From NCBI GenBank assembly GCA_964447765.1, contig CAYUTO010000001.1, positions 28,110 through 92,109 of the forward strand: a DNA stretch of 64,000 bases. The letters are read 5' to 3'. Under the pieces are notes generated by a model. The model saw only the letters and a program-made list of their open reading frames with translations. It did not search any database and had not been told where the DNA came from. Shown piece after piece: positions 1 to 10,367 of the stretch. This stretch comes from an uncultured Gammaproteobacteria bacterium. Lineage in GTDB: Bacteria; Patescibacteriota; Patescibacteriia; Magasanikbacterales; UBA922. Position 1 is the stretch's first letter. Every line of letters begins with the position of its first letter. Position numbers and translations under genes: made by a program.

Positions 1-1937
1 TTTTGTTTATCCATGATGTCTCGGAAGTCAAAACCAGACTTTTGTTGACCCATGATATTTCGCATCATTTCATTTTCCACGAATCGGCCTACTTTTGAAA
101 TGAGATATCCAAGCATTTCTGATTTATGGAAATCACTCGTTTTTGCCATTTCTTTTTCCCAGAATGCTCGGACCACGGGATCTTTTAATTTCACTAGATA
201 TTTTTTCACGTATGCGTCATCCGTAAACATGCGGGGGATATCGATGATCGTACCCGGATCATCGAGGTCTGCCATGAGAGTCAACATCACATTTCGCATG
301 TTGTGTTCAAACATTGGACCAATCATTTCTGGCGGAAACAACTTGTAGAAGATCGCGATCATTTCTTGCACGACAAAATCTTTTTCATCTTCGCTTTTTG
401 CCTCGAGCATGTTCAATCCTATGGGTCGTTCAAAATCAGAAGGATTGAAGATTACGACATCGTCAGCGCGTTCTTTGGGAATATGTTCGAGAACGTATTC
501 TGCAAAATCTCCGTGGGGATCAATGACCGCAACTCCTTTACCATTGATTACGTCCTGCACAGCCATGTTTTCGATAAACACTGATTTTCCACTTCCTGAT
601 TTACCGATAACATAGAGATGGCGTCTACGGTCTTCGTCTTTCATTTTTACAGGGTATTCCTGTCCGCGATAGATCACGCGTCCGAGATCGATACCGCTAG
701 TAGGAAGATTTGGTGGAGGTGGAGCTTTTCTTGCAAGCAGCCATTTGATATTTGGAGCTTCGGTCGAATGGAGGGGGAGATGCCAGAATCCTGCCATTTC
801 TTCGGTATTCACTACAGTCATTCGTTTTTCGTGAAATGAACGATAAATGAATGATCTGATAATACTTTGAGGATTTTTGGGCACTACCGCGCCAAGAGAA
901 TTCCCGTATCGATAGAGGTTGTACTGGGCAAATGAATTTACAATATTATCTAGATTGAGACTTGCAAGCTCTGCATTGTCGGAAGCTGATATGACTCTCA
1001 TGGTCACTTCCAATCCTCCTTTGATTAATTTTTCTTCAATCCCTTTCATCATCTCTTCTTCAAGTCCCGAGAGTTGATAGCTTTCTTTTTCATTTTTTTG
1101 TTCTTGGGTGCTCAGTACTTGGCGACTTGCTTCTCTTCCTATTGATTGCAATAAATTTCCTAATTTATTTTTACCCCCAATTACTTCTTCGAAGTGTTTG
1201 CCCTTGCGTACTTCACGTACAATGCGCACACCTTCTTTTCGCCATTTTTTTTCGGCAACTCGAACTACATATTGGATTGCAGCTGAACCATTTCCTTCGC
1301 GTATTCGAGCTAGTGTATTCAATACTCCGGCTAGAGGATCTGAATCCATTTTTTTATACGTCTTGAAGGGGAGCGCTCCTACTGCTCTTCCTTTGAGGTA
1401 TGCTCCGACAATTGAACTGCGCTCTCCAAAAATATTATAATCAGTGATTTCTTCGATATGTGCGTACGGATACTGTGCATTGATTTGTTGCTCGATAAAC
1501 GCTTTGAGTTTTTGAGGAACTCCAATGTAAAAATTGATTAGATTGTTGTGCACGACGAGCTCAAATGAGATGTGGTCGTTTCTCCCTGTGAACCATGCTT
1601 TCAATCCGTGTTCTGGTTTGAGTCCTGCGAGAGTGGAGAAAAAAGTTTCAGTGATTCCAATTTCCTCCTTTACCTGCTCCAGTCGGTCTTCTTGCATATT
1701 GTTTGACCCTTCAGATTTTCGTTCTTTGGGAACCAAGATATGCAATACAATTCGATCGAATGCTTTTTGTACTTGGTGTAATGAATGGAGGACGCTGCGT
1801 ACAATAAAAACAATCGCGACAGTTGATATGAGAACTACCGCGATTAATATAATCGTAAAACTAGATATCGTAATACTCGGAGCAGTGAGCACGGGAGTTT
1901 CCGAAAATCCTGCCGTGAATTGGAGGATAGGTAGCAT
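1..1937 (-). CDS. VirD4/TraD-like coupling ATPase (DUF87/TrwB family), runs off the window edge
   Basis: Not in the ORF track. Read by hand from ATG at 1937 (MLPILQFTAG...): N-terminal TM segment, Walker A RRRHLYVIGKSGSGKS near 585-630, then GKGVAVIDPHGD. Confidence 0.8.
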   Translation of the reverse strand, partial: MLPILQFTAGFSETPVLTAPSITISSFTIILIAVVLISTVAIVFIVRSVLHSLHQVQKAFDRIVLHILVPKERKSEGSNNMQEDRLEQVKEEIGITETFFSTLAGLKPEHGLKAWFTGRNDHISFELVVHNNLINFYIGVPQKLKAFIEQQINAQYPYAHIEEITDYNIFGERSSIVGAYLKGRAVGALPFKTYKKMDSDPLAGVLNTLARIREGNGSAAIQYVVRVAEKKWRKEGVRIVREVRKGKHFEEVIGGKNKLGNLLQSIGREASRQVLSTQEQKNEKESYQLSGLEEEMMKGIEEKLIKGGLEVTMRVISASDNAELASLNLDNIVNSFAQYNLYRYGNSLGAVVPKNPQSIIRSFIYRSFHEKRMTVVNTEEMAGFWHLPLHSTEAPNIKWLLARKAPPPPNLPTSGIDLGRVIYRGQEYPVKMKDEDRRRHLYVIGKSGSGKSVFIENMAVQDVINGKGVAVIDPHGDFAEYVLEHIPKERADDVVIFNPSDFERPIGLNMLEAKSEDEKDFVVQEMIAIFYKLFPPEMIGPMFEHNMRNVMLTLMADLDDPGTIIDIPRMFTDDAYVKKYLVKLKDPVVRAFWEKEMAKTSDFHKSEMLGYLISKVGRFVENEMMRNIMGQQKSGFDFRDIMDKQ

Positions 1938-1938
1938 A

Positions 1939-2511
1939 TTATTTGAAGTTTTGATGTTTTTTGAGTGTGAGAATTTTGTCTGCTTTGATCTTTGCTTCCT
2001 GTTCGATAAAAAATTTATTTACCCCTGGAAGTATACGGAGCCACTCTACAAGTAGTTTGAAAACTTCTTTTACTTTTATATGCGTCTTTTTGAAGAGTTC
2101 GCGGATTTTCCATGCAGTTTCTTCGCCTTTAATTTTGAATTCTTGTTTTTGAACCGTAGTCATTTCGCGATACGCATCTCCCAAACCTTCTTCCATAATT
2201 TTTTCTACTCGAAGTGTAAACTCATCTTTCACGGTAGGGATTATAGTCTTCTTTTTTTTGCTCATTTTCAATTTTCCCGTCAGATTTTTTATCGCTGATT
2301 CAATATTTTCAGTTTTTGTTTCGGGAAGATCTATTTTTTGTTCTTTTGTTTCTAGTGTTTTTTGGATTTCAGGAGTAGGGGATACTGAATAAGACTCAGT
2401 CGGTGGAGTTTCTCTCTTAATTTGAAATGAATTGCTTTCAGTCGTGCCAATTCCAGGTTGTTCGGTAAATTTTTTTGAATCTCGACCGTCACGTAGGGTC
2501 ATAAATGACAA
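1939..2511 (-). CDS. Hypothetical protein directly upstream of the VirD4-like gene
   Basis: 190 aa; ordered C-terminus (WLRILPGVNKFFIEQEAKIKADKIL); 1-nt gap to the next ATG. Confidence 0.7.
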   Translation of the reverse strand: MSFMTLRDGRDSKKFTEQPGIGTTESNSFQIKRETPPTESYSVSPTPEIQKTLETKEQKIDLPETKTENIESAIKNLTGKLKMSKKKKTIIPTVKDEFTLRVEKIMEEGLGDAYREMTTVQKQEFKIKGEETAWKIRELFKKTHIKVKEVFKLLVEWLRILPGVNKFFIEQEAKIKADKILTLKKHQNFK

Positions 2512-2583
2512 GAAAAAAGCGCAGAAATATCTAGCGCTTAATAGTATACCAAAAAATAAATTGTTTAGCTACAAATAGAGAAG

Positions 2584-3975
2584 TTATGTGCGTGGCACTA
2601 TTCGTTGTCCTTCCGGAGCATCTTCAATTTCAAAACCAAGAGAGATTATTTTGTCGCGGAGCTCATCGCTTAGTGCCCAATTTTTTTCTTTGCGAGCAGT
2701 TTCTCGTTCTTTCATTAATATGGTTACTGCTTCAGGAATTTCTACTTCATTCTTCTGAATATTATTGAGTCCTAACCCAAGAACTGTGTCGAATTCATAC
2801 GCAGTTGCGAGTTTTACTTCTTTTGACAAGTCAGACTTCAACATTTCGTGAAGTACTGCTATTGCTTGAGGTGTATTTAAATCTTCAGCTAGGTGTTCAT
2901 TGAATTTTGATAGGTATTTTTTATCTGACACCCTAACAACACTTCCGAGTGACTGAATCGTGCGGTAGAGATTAGTTAAACCTTTTTCTGCTGCATCGAG
3001 TGCGTCCCATGAAAAACTGAGCTGCTTTCGGTAGTGTGCTTGAAGTAGTAAATAGCGGTAGGCGAGCGGGGAATAACCTTTTTCAATCAATGTATCAATC
3101 GTAATAAAATTATTGTCTGATTTTGACATCTTACTATCTTCAATCAAAAGAAATTCTCCATGCATCCAGTAGTTTACCCATGGATGATTGGCTCCTGCGC
3201 ATTCTGCTTGTGCAATCTCATTGGTATGATGAACAGGAATATGATCAATTCCTCCACAGTGGATATCAAAATGATTTCCCAAATATTTCATACTCATTGC
3301 CGAGCATTCGATGTGCCAGCCAGGGAATCCCATTCTTCCGAAAGCAGCCCACTCCATTTGTCTTTTTTCATTGGGACTAGAAAATTTCCACAGTGCAAAA
3401 TCGTGTGCATTTTTTTTCTCGCCCAATTCCACACGTACTCCAGCCTGTAGCTCTTGTTTGTGGAGTAGTGCCATTTCTCCATATTGAGGAAATTTGGTTG
3501 TGTCAAAATAAATACCATCACTAGTTTCGTAGGTAAAACCGTTATCAATTAGAGTCTGTACTTGAGTAATTTGTTCGGTGATATGATCCGTAGCTTTGCA
3601 CCAGATATCGGGGGGTAAGATATTGAGCTTGAGTGTGTGATTTTTGAATGCTGCAGTATAATGTTCAGCGATTTCCCATGCAGTTTTTCCTTCCCGTTTT
3701 GCCCCTTTTTCCATCTTATCTTCCCCTGTATCATCATCGCCGGATAGATGTCCTACGTCGGTAATATTCATGACATGCTTCACTTCATATCCATGTGCGG
3801 TAAGGGTACGTCGTAGAATATCTTCGAAAACGTATGTTCGCAGATTTCCAATATGTGCATAGTCATATACTGTAGGTCCGCATGTATAGAGACCAACTTT
3901 TTTTTCTGTTTCATTGATCGCTTGGAATGGTACAATTGTTCGAGTGAGGGTGTTGTAGAGATGGAGTTCGGGCAT
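2584..3975 (-). CDS. cysS: Cysteine--tRNA ligase
   Basis: [18 protein letters not shown] and KMSKS motifs; start trimmed to [10 protein letters not shown]. Confidence 0.97.
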   Translation of the reverse strand: MPELHLYNTLTRTIVPFQAINETEKKVGLYTCGPTVYDYAHIGNLRTYVFEDILRRTLTAHGYEVKHVMNITDVGHLSGDDDTGEDKMEKGAKREGKTAWEIAEHYTAAFKNHTLKLNILPPDIWCKATDHITEQITQVQTLIDNGFTYETSDGIYFDTTKFPQYGEMALLHKQELQAGVRVELGEKKNAHDFALWKFSSPNEKRQMEWAAFGRMGFPGWHIECSAMSMKYLGNHFDIHCGGIDHIPVHHTNEIAQAECAGANHPWVNYWMHGEFLLIEDSKMSKSDNNFITIDTLIEKGYSPLAYRYLLLQAHYRKQLSFSWDALDAAEKGLTNLYRTIQSLGSVVRVSDKKYLSKFNEHLAEDLNTPQAIAVLHEMLKSDLSKEVKLATAYEFDTVLGLGLNNIQKNEVEIPEAVTILMKERETARKEKNWALSDELRDKIISLGFEIEDAPEGQRIVPRT

Positions 3976-4116
3976 AGCGATAATTAGTTGTCTAGTTTTG
4001 TTTTCGGCTAGTTTAGTGTACCTGAGAGTATTTTTTCTGTAAATATCAACTTTTCCCATTGATTGTTTGAATCCGTATGCTATAATAATTCTATTAGTTA
4101 TTAATCAGTTTGAATT

Positions 4117-4461
4117 ATGCTTTTTCTCCTTCGAATTGTGCTGAACGCTGGCGTACTTCTGCTTATTTCAAATATTGTTGAGGGTATCAAACTCGGGGGA
4201 TGGTGGTCAGCAATTGTGACCGTAATCGTCCTTGGAATTGTTAATGCTTTGATTCGACCGTTGATTCTTATTTTGACTTTACCGGTAAACATTTTAACAC
4301 TTGGACTGTTCACTTTTGTTATTAACGCACTCATGTTCTGGTTTGCTTCATCAATTGTCAAAGGATTTGAAGTCGCTGGATTCTGGCCGGCATTTTGGGG
4401 CGCTTTGTTATTTAGTATTGCAAGTTGGCTTATTTCAACTCTAGTCTCCAAAAGAGACTAG
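4117..4461 (+). CDS. YvlD/DUF360 (phage holin superfamily IV) membrane protein
   Basis: NALIRPLILILTLPVNILTLGLFTFVINA signature, about 4 TM segments. Confidence 0.85.
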   Translation: MLFLLRIVLNAGVLLLISNIVEGIKLGGWWSAIVTVIVLGIVNALIRPLILILTLPVNILTLGLFTFVINALMFWFASSIVKGFEVAGFWPAFWGALLFSIASWLISTLVSKRD

Positions 4462-4569
4462 TTTTTGTATGAAGAAGTATAGCTCGAATCGTGCGGGGAA
4501 AGGGCGAGTAGCCTATCGTACGTCGAGCGGATTTAAGGTACGTGCTAGTCAATTTAATAAAATACGTAT

Positions 4570-5277
4570 ATGGCGAAACGACAAACCAAAATACTCTCCA
4601 TTGGAGGCTCGATCATTATCCCTGCGACCGGATTCGATATCGGTTTCCTCAAAAAATTCAAAGCACTTATCCTCGGAGAAGTAAAAAAAGGAACACGATT
4701 TATTCTAGTAATTGGTGGGGGAGTTACTGCACGTACCTATCAAGCTGGACTCAAAGCATTGGTTGGTAGTGATAATCGGACACTTGATTTGATTGGAATT
4801 GAAACTACGAGACTTAATGCAAATTTTGTTCGTTTATTTTTTGGTGAACATGCATACGGAGAAGTTATTTTTGATCCGACCAAGCCGGTAAAAACATCAA
4901 AATCTATTATTGTTGCGTGCGGATGGAAACCGGGATGTAGTACCGATGCTGATGCAGTGCTTCTGGCACGAGCATATGGAGCAAAAGAATTGGTGAATGT
5001 GTCGAATATTGAATATGTATATACCAAAGATCCAAATAAGTTTCCTGATGCAGAAAAGGTAGAAGTGATTGATTGGAAAACGTATCGTAGTGAAATTGTA
5101 GGTGACACATGGACACCAGGGAAAAATTCGCCGTTTGATCCTATCGCAAGTAGAGATGCAGAGAAATTTGGAATGAATGTATCAATTGTTCGCGGAAGTG
5201 ATTTGGGTGAAGTGAAGAAGGCGATTCAGGGAAAGAAATTTAAGGGGACCGTTATTAAGCCATTTATCGAATTGTAA
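4570..5277 (+). CDS. pyrH: UMP kinase, archaeal type
   Basis: SIGGS, VIGGGVTARTY, GWKPGCSTD, PFDPIAS motifs. Confidence 0.9.
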   Translation: MAKRQTKILSIGGSIIIPATGFDIGFLKKFKALILGEVKKGTRFILVIGGGVTARTYQAGLKALVGSDNRTLDLIGIETTRLNANFVRLFFGEHAYGEVIFDPTKPVKTSKSIIVACGWKPGCSTDADAVLLARAYGAKELVNVSNIEYVYTKDPNKFPDAEKVEVIDWKTYRSEIVGDTWTPGKNSPFDPIASRDAEKFGMNVSIVRGSDLGEVKKAIQGKKFKGTVIKPFIEL

Positions 5278-5378
5278 TAGTATAATTTATTTAAACGAGG
5301 TTAAGTCTATTGACTTTCTCATATTTTTGTATTAACGTATTTTTTCCTCCCATTTCACGAGGAGGAAAAGGAGTAGGT

Positions 5379-5696
5379 GTGGGTAAACAGAAACGTCCGA
5401 TACTGGAAGTGCTGTGTGGTAACATGGAGGAGATCATGAAGCAGATCGGCACGATCACTCCTAATACCAAAGTTCATGGAGATCTTCAGAGACATTCATT
5501 CGATAAGTTGGACCGTTTGGTCATCTCTCTGGTGTCTTTGAACAAGGTCCTCCACATGTCGGATCTCAACGAAGCAGATCAACATTATGTTGCAGAAAGT
5601 ACTCGCCGGTGCAAGGATATCAGGTATGCTTTTCCTGAACCGGTGAAGACGGCGTTCGACAAAATGGTAGAACCCTTTGGGTTCGGTATCCACTAG
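5379..5696 (+). CDS. Orphan hypothetical protein (cassette 1)
   Basis: GTG start after AGGAG; promoter TTGACT(5310)-17-TAACGT; 3' hairpin 5732-5760. Confidence 0.65.
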   Translation: MGKQKRPILEVLCGNMEEIMKQIGTITPNTKVHGDLQRHSFDKLDRLVISLVSLNKVLHMSDLNEADQHYVAESTRRCKDIRYAFPEPVKTAFDKMVEPFGFGIH

Positions 5697-5792
5697 CTCG
5701 GTTCCTGTTCGGAACTAGAGCGTGCCTTGGTAGACCCGGCTGCATCTCGCAGTCGGGTTTGTTCGTTTATTGACTAATAAATCTATCATACA

Positions 5793-5870
5793 AAAACACC
5801 GCTCGTAGGTTCTCCTTTTGCTAAATCCGATATGTATCAGATTTAGTAATGGGGATGCGAGCGGTGTTTT
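5793..5870. terminator. Long nested hairpin downstream of cassette 2
   Basis: AAAACACCGCTCG / CGAGCGGTGTTTT arms with an inner CTAAATC..GATA / TATC..GATTTAG stem. Confidence 0.7.
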
Positions 5871-5955
5871 GCCAACTTCCCCAAGGTCTCGCAAGTGCGA
5901 GCTAATTCGGCTGTGACGCCTACATTTATTTCGGGGGATGTTGTGCTTGAAAGGC

Positions 5956-6168
5956 TTAGAAGCCTGCGTCGCTTAGAAACTTCGCAGTCTCTGCGGTATC
6001 GAGAGGTTGGTCGGTGTCCTCCGTGTTGTGTTGGTTGGTTCTCGCGGAAGGTGTAGTCGAGTCTATCTTGAGGATCTTGTTATCCTTGTAGCGGTTCCAG
6101 GACCATTCTTGAGTTAGTACCACGATGAGGATGATGAGGACGAATCCACCTATGATACAAGCAGTCAT
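5956..6168 (-). CDS. Orphan single-TM small protein (cassette 2)
   Basis: MTACIIGGFVLIILIVVL TM segment; promoter TTGACA(6247-6242)-16-TATAAT(6225-6220). Confidence 0.65.
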   Translation of the reverse strand: MTACIIGGFVLIILIVVLTQEWSWNRYKDNKILKIDSTTPSARTNQHNTEDTDQPLDTAETAKFLSDAGF

Positions 6169-6302
6169 TGTGATTTCTCTCTCGGATGTGACGGTTAGAG
6201 AGGTGTGCCACAAAAACTAATTATAGACCGATTACTTATCTTGTCAATTAATTTACAGGTAATCTTGAAAGTTTGTGAACAATACTGTACGCTCAGGTAA
6301 GT

Positions 6303-8102
6303 ATGAATGATGATATTTCTCGTATTAAAGAGAAAATTGATGTCGTGGATTTGATTTCTGAATACGTGCAATTGAAACCCTCGGGGATCAATCACAAGGG
6401 GCTGTGTCCTTTGCACAATGAGAAATCACCTTCGTTTATGGTCAATCGCGAACGTCAGAGTTGGCATTGTTTTGGTTGTGCAAAAGGCGGAGATATCTTT
6501 ACTTTTGTTCAAGAAATGGAAGGAATGGAATTCAGGGATGCACTTCGATTTTTGGCGGACAAGGCAGGTATACAATTGTCACAAATTGTAAGCACCGAAG
6601 AGACGACTCAGAAAAATCGTATCAAAGACATCAATCATGAAGCGGCAAAATTTTTTCATTATATTCTTTTGAAATTAGATCAATCAAAACCAGCGCTCGA
6701 CTATTTGTTTACTCGTGGACTTACGAGAGAAACCATTGAAGCTTGGCAAGTAGGGTTTGTTCCTGACCAATGGGATTTGCTCATCAAATATTTACTCAAA
6801 AAAGGGCATTCAATTGACGATATTCTTGCAAGTGGACTGGTAATCAAAAAAGATAGTGCCGATGCGCGAAGCGGAAGAGGGTATTATGATCGATTTCGTG
6901 GACGTATTATGTTTCCGATTTGGGACGCGCATGACACGGTAGTTGGGTTTACCGGGCGTGTGCTTGTGGAAACTGAACATAGTGGGGGAAAATATGTGAA
7001 CACTCCTCAGACGATGTTGTATGATAAATCTCGTGTACTTTTTGGATTACATAAAGCAAAGCGTGAAATCAAAGCAAAAGATTTGATTGTTATGGTCGAG
7101 GGGCAAATGGATGTAATTGCGTGTCATCAAGCAGGAATGACGAATGTCGTTGCAACGAGTGGTACTGCGTTGACTGAGCATCAAGTAAAATTATTGAAAC
7201 GATATTCCGTAAATGTAAACATGGCTTTTGATTCAGATGCTGCAGGAGTGGCTGCGGCAAAGCGTGGTATTGATTTATTGATTGAAGATGGAATGAATAT
7301 AAAGGTAATTCAGATTCCCGAAGGCAAAGGAAAAGATCCTGATGAATGTATTCAAAAAAATAAAGACGTGTGGTTTGAATCAGTTGCGAGCGCGAAAGAT
7401 ATTATGCAGTGGTATTTTGATCGATCGTTTAAAGATAAAAATCTTGTTGATCCAAAAGCAAAACAACAGATTGCAAATGAACTACTTCTCGAAATTTCCC
7501 GAATTCCCTATGCAGTTGAGCGGGATCACTGGATTTCTTTGTTGTCACATCGTTTGCAGGTGGATGTATCTGTGCTTCGTGAAGATATTACCCGTATTTT
7601 GCGGGATCAGCGTAAAACCATTCCCACTCGTGCCGCAGTAAAAGAGTCGATTCTCCCTGAAGCAAAGGTTGATCGGATTGTGACCCTCTCTGATAGGTTT
7701 TTTGCCCTTCTTAGTATTGACCCGACTTTAACCCTCAAAATACCAGAGAATTTTTTTACGATTGATACGTTTTCCACAGTAGTACAGCAGGACCTTTACG
7801 AAACCCTCAAAATAGCCTATACTCAGCGTATACTGTGTGATTTTACACATGTCCGAGAGCGATATACACAAGCTAACGCAGAAAATCCAATAGACATACT
7901 TCTTCTCATGGGTGAGAAGGAGTTTTCTGATTTTACGGCAGCGGCTCGTGAAGACGAACTCTCGACGCTCGTTTCGCAGATACGATCCGAATGGATCAAG
8001 CGCAAACGTAGTAGTGTGCAAAATGCACTCGCAGAAGCAGAAGCGGCAGGCGATAGTAGTCGAATTGATTCACTACTTCGCTCTCTCGCGCAATTTCAGT
8101 AA
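6303..8102 (+). CDS. dnaG: DNA primase
   Basis: CHC2 zinc finger [11 protein letters not shown]...CFGC; TOPRIM EGQMD and DSD. Confidence 0.97.
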   Translation: MNDDISRIKEKIDVVDLISEYVQLKPSGINHKGLCPLHNEKSPSFMVNRERQSWHCFGCAKGGDIFTFVQEMEGMEFRDALRFLADKAGIQLSQIVSTEETTQKNRIKDINHEAAKFFHYILLKLDQSKPALDYLFTRGLTRETIEAWQVGFVPDQWDLLIKYLLKKGHSIDDILASGLVIKKDSADARSGRGYYDRFRGRIMFPIWDAHDTVVGFTGRVLVETEHSGGKYVNTPQTMLYDKSRVLFGLHKAKREIKAKDLIVMVEGQMDVIACHQAGMTNVVATSGTALTEHQVKLLKRYSVNVNMAFDSDAAGVAAAKRGIDLLIEDGMNIKVIQIPEGKGKDPDECIQKNKDVWFESVASAKDIMQWYFDRSFKDKNLVDPKAKQQIANELLLEISRIPYAVERDHWISLLSHRLQVDVSVLREDITRILRDQRKTIPTRAAVKESILPEAKVDRIVTLSDRFFALLSIDPTLTLKIPENFFTIDTFSTVVQQDLYETLKIAYTQRILCDFTHVRERYTQANAENPIDILLLMGEKEFSDFTAAAREDELSTLVSQIRSEWIKRKRSSVQNALAEAEAAGDSSRIDSLLRSLAQFQ

Positions 8103-8131
8103 GTTTAGTCAGTGTAATCATTGTTATCGTC

Positions 8132-9487
8132 ATGGCCAAGAAACCAACGACAACTAAACATTCGCCCAAGGCGAAAAAACGTACCAATACTGCTTCAAAA
8201 AAAGCAGTACCATCGGCACTTAGTGCCAAAGCCCACACACGCCGTATCGGCGGGGCAAAACCAGCGCGTCAGTTTAAGAAAAATCCTCGATTGAATCGAG
8301 GAAATCAAGGTAAGAAAAAGTTTGTACGTAATTTTCAGCAGCCGGTTAAGCGAAAATCTGAACAAGATATTCCTCTTCCTCCGACCGCTGATCAGATTCA
8401 TGAGTTTGTAACCAAGGGGCGTAATCGAGGATTTCTTACTGAAAAAGAAGTCTTATTGAAGTTTCCTCGGGCTGAACTTTATCTTGATTTGTACGAGTAT
8501 TTTCTTAATCTCATGGATAAGAATAGTATCTCTCTTGTCGAAGGTCAGGAAGGGCTATTGGGAGGAAACCATACGGTTGAAAAGAAGCGTGCGATGCTTC
8601 AGGGTTTCCAGGGTGAACAGCCAGACAAAGAGAGTGGTTCATATTTTGATCTTGGTAGTATTTCACAAGATTCTATTCAGATGTATTTACGTGAAATCGG
8701 AAAAGTACATTTATTGAATGCTGAAGAAGAAATGTCACTCGCAAAACGCAAAGAACGTGGAGACAAAGAAGCAGAGCGCCGAATGATTGAGGCAAACTTG
8801 CGTCTGGTGGTTTCTATTGCAAAGAAATTTGTGGGAAAACAATTATCACTTCTCGATTTGATTCAGGAAGGAAATATTGGATTGTTCCGAGCGGTGAAAA
8901 AATTCGATTATCGTAAAGGGTTTAAATTTTCTACCTACGCAACGTGGTGGATCCGACAGGCGATCACACGTGCTCTTGCAGATCATTCTCGTACTATCCG
9001 TATTCCAGTGCACATGGTGGAAACGATCAATCGATTGCAGCAAGTATCGAGACGCTTGCTTCAAGATTTGGGACGTGATGGAACGCCTGAAGAAATTGCA
9101 GCTGAAATGGGAGAAGAAGTAGAAAAAGTCAAACATATTATCAAAATTTCACAAGATACCGTATCACTTGAAACATCAGTAGGGGATGATGACGATGACG
9201 ATACATCACTTTCTGACTTTATCGAGGATGTAAAAAATATCAGTCCGTCTGCAGCTGCAGGCTCTGAATTATTGAAAGATTATATCCGTGAGGCAATTCA
9301 AGATCTTTCTCCACGTGAGAAGAAGATTCTTGAAATGCGATTCGGACTCGATGATGGTGTTACTCATACACTTGAAGAAGTAGGAAAAGAATTTGGCGTG
9401 ACTCGTGAACGTATTCGTCAGATTGAAGCTAAGGCTATTGAGAAGATCAAGGGTTTTGAAGTGATTGAAAAACTCAGTGATTATTAA
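8132..9487 (+). CDS. rpoD: Primary sigma factor sigma70 with a basic N-terminal extension
   Basis: [31 protein letters not shown]...TRERIRQIE; follows dnaG. Confidence 0.95.
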   Translation: MAKKPTTTKHSPKAKKRTNTASKKAVPSALSAKAHTRRIGGAKPARQFKKNPRLNRGNQGKKKFVRNFQQPVKRKSEQDIPLPPTADQIHEFVTKGRNRGFLTEKEVLLKFPRAELYLDLYEYFLNLMDKNSISLVEGQEGLLGGNHTVEKKRAMLQGFQGEQPDKESGSYFDLGSISQDSIQMYLREIGKVHLLNAEEEMSLAKRKERGDKEAERRMIEANLRLVVSIAKKFVGKQLSLLDLIQEGNIGLFRAVKKFDYRKGFKFSTYATWWIRQAITRALADHSRTIRIPVHMVETINRLQQVSRRLLQDLGRDGTPEEIAAEMGEEVEKVKHIIKISQDTVSLETSVGDDDDDDTSLSDFIEDVKNISPSAAAGSELLKDYIREAIQDLSPREKKILEMRFGLDDGVTHTLEEVGKEFGVTRERIRQIEAKAIEKIKGFEVIEKLSDY

Positions 9488-9503
9488 ACTGAAGTGGTAC
9501 TAC

Positions 9504-9540
9504 AAAATAAAAAACTGGCTTATTGCCAGTTTTTTATTTT
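9504..9540. terminator. Bidirectional intrinsic terminator between rpoD and sod
   Basis: AAAATAAAAAACTGGC-ttatt-GCCAGTTTTTTATTTT. Confidence 0.85.
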
Positions 9541-9547
9541 GTAATCT

Positions 9548-10129
9548 TTATACAATGGTTACTACTTCCCACCATGCTTTGATATAGTCAGGACGTTTAT
9601 TTTGATATTTCAGATAGTACGCATGTTCCCATACGTCGAGACCTATAATCGGTGTGTGTCCTTGCATGTATGGAGAATCCTGGTTCGGCAGTGAATATGT
9701 TTTCAATTTTCCATTTTCATCACGCACGAGCCACGCCCATCCACTACCGAAATGTTTGGTTGCAAGTGCTGAAAATTGTTCTTTGAAAGAATCTACTGAA
9801 CCGAATTCAGTTTCGATTTCTTGTTTGAGGATTGTATCTTCATTTTTTGATGGACCCATGATTGACCAATAGAGGTTGTGGTTTACTAATCCTCCGCCGT
9901 GATTGCGGAGCATAGTGCGGTCAGCTTCTTCAACCTCAAGATTTTGTAGTGAGCCGAGAATTTCTTCAGCTGATTTTTCTTCGAGTCCAGGATATTTTTT
10001 TATGACGTCCAAAAATTTATCAAGATAGGTTTGGTGATGTTTGGTATAGTGAATTTCCATGGTCTTCGCATCGATGTGTGGTTCAAGAGCTGCGAAGTCG
10101 TACGGGAGTTGGTAGAGTTCGTGTTTCAT
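9548..10129 (-). CDS. sodA: Superoxide dismutase (Mn-type residues)
   Basis: HYTKHH, NHGGG, FGSGWAWL, DVWEHAYY. Confidence 0.9.
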   Translation of the reverse strand: MKHELYQLPYDFAALEPHIDAKTMEIHYTKHHQTYLDKFLDVIKKYPGLEEKSAEEILGSLQNLEVEEADRTMLRNHGGGLVNHNLYWSIMGPSKNEDTILKQEIETEFGSVDSFKEQFSALATKHFGSGWAWLVRDENGKLKTYSLPNQDSPYMQGHTPIIGLDVWEHAYYLKYQNKRPDYIKAWWEVVTIV

Positions 10130-10149
10130 ATAGAAAAAAGATTTAAAAT

Positions 10150-10224
10150 TAAAGATTGAAGACTAAATATACCTGCTTTTAAAGCAGTTTTTTAAGTATG
10201 CTGATCTTCAGTCTTCAATCTTTA
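10150..10224. repeat. Intergenic inverted repeat, family A (second copy 17667-17708)
   Basis: TAAAGATTGAAGACT / AGTCTTCAATCTTTA, perfect 15-bp arms. Confidence 0.6.
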
Positions 10225-10367
10225 GTTGTAATTTTTATACTATACAAGTACGCCTTTGTTACGTCAAATGGTTAAATTGAAATAAATTCTTATCCACAAT
10301 TGTATCAATATAAAGCTCATGGTATACTTTGCCCCAAGCTTTTATTATTCATTAATCTGAAGATTTT

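Noticed and set aside
52-2055. Several + strand ORFs in the track
   Set aside because: Shadows of the minus-strand VirD4-like gene and its neighbour.
4117-4461. Holin annotation as evidence of a prophage
   Set aside because: The YvlD family is usually chromosomal, and no phage genes are nearby.
8132-8400. Lys/Arg-rich RpoD N-terminus
   Set aside because: Low-complexity basic extensions are common on primary sigma factors.
10290-10298. DnaA box TTATCCACA as a sign of oriC
   Set aside because: Isolated box, and gene orientation indicates a terminus region.
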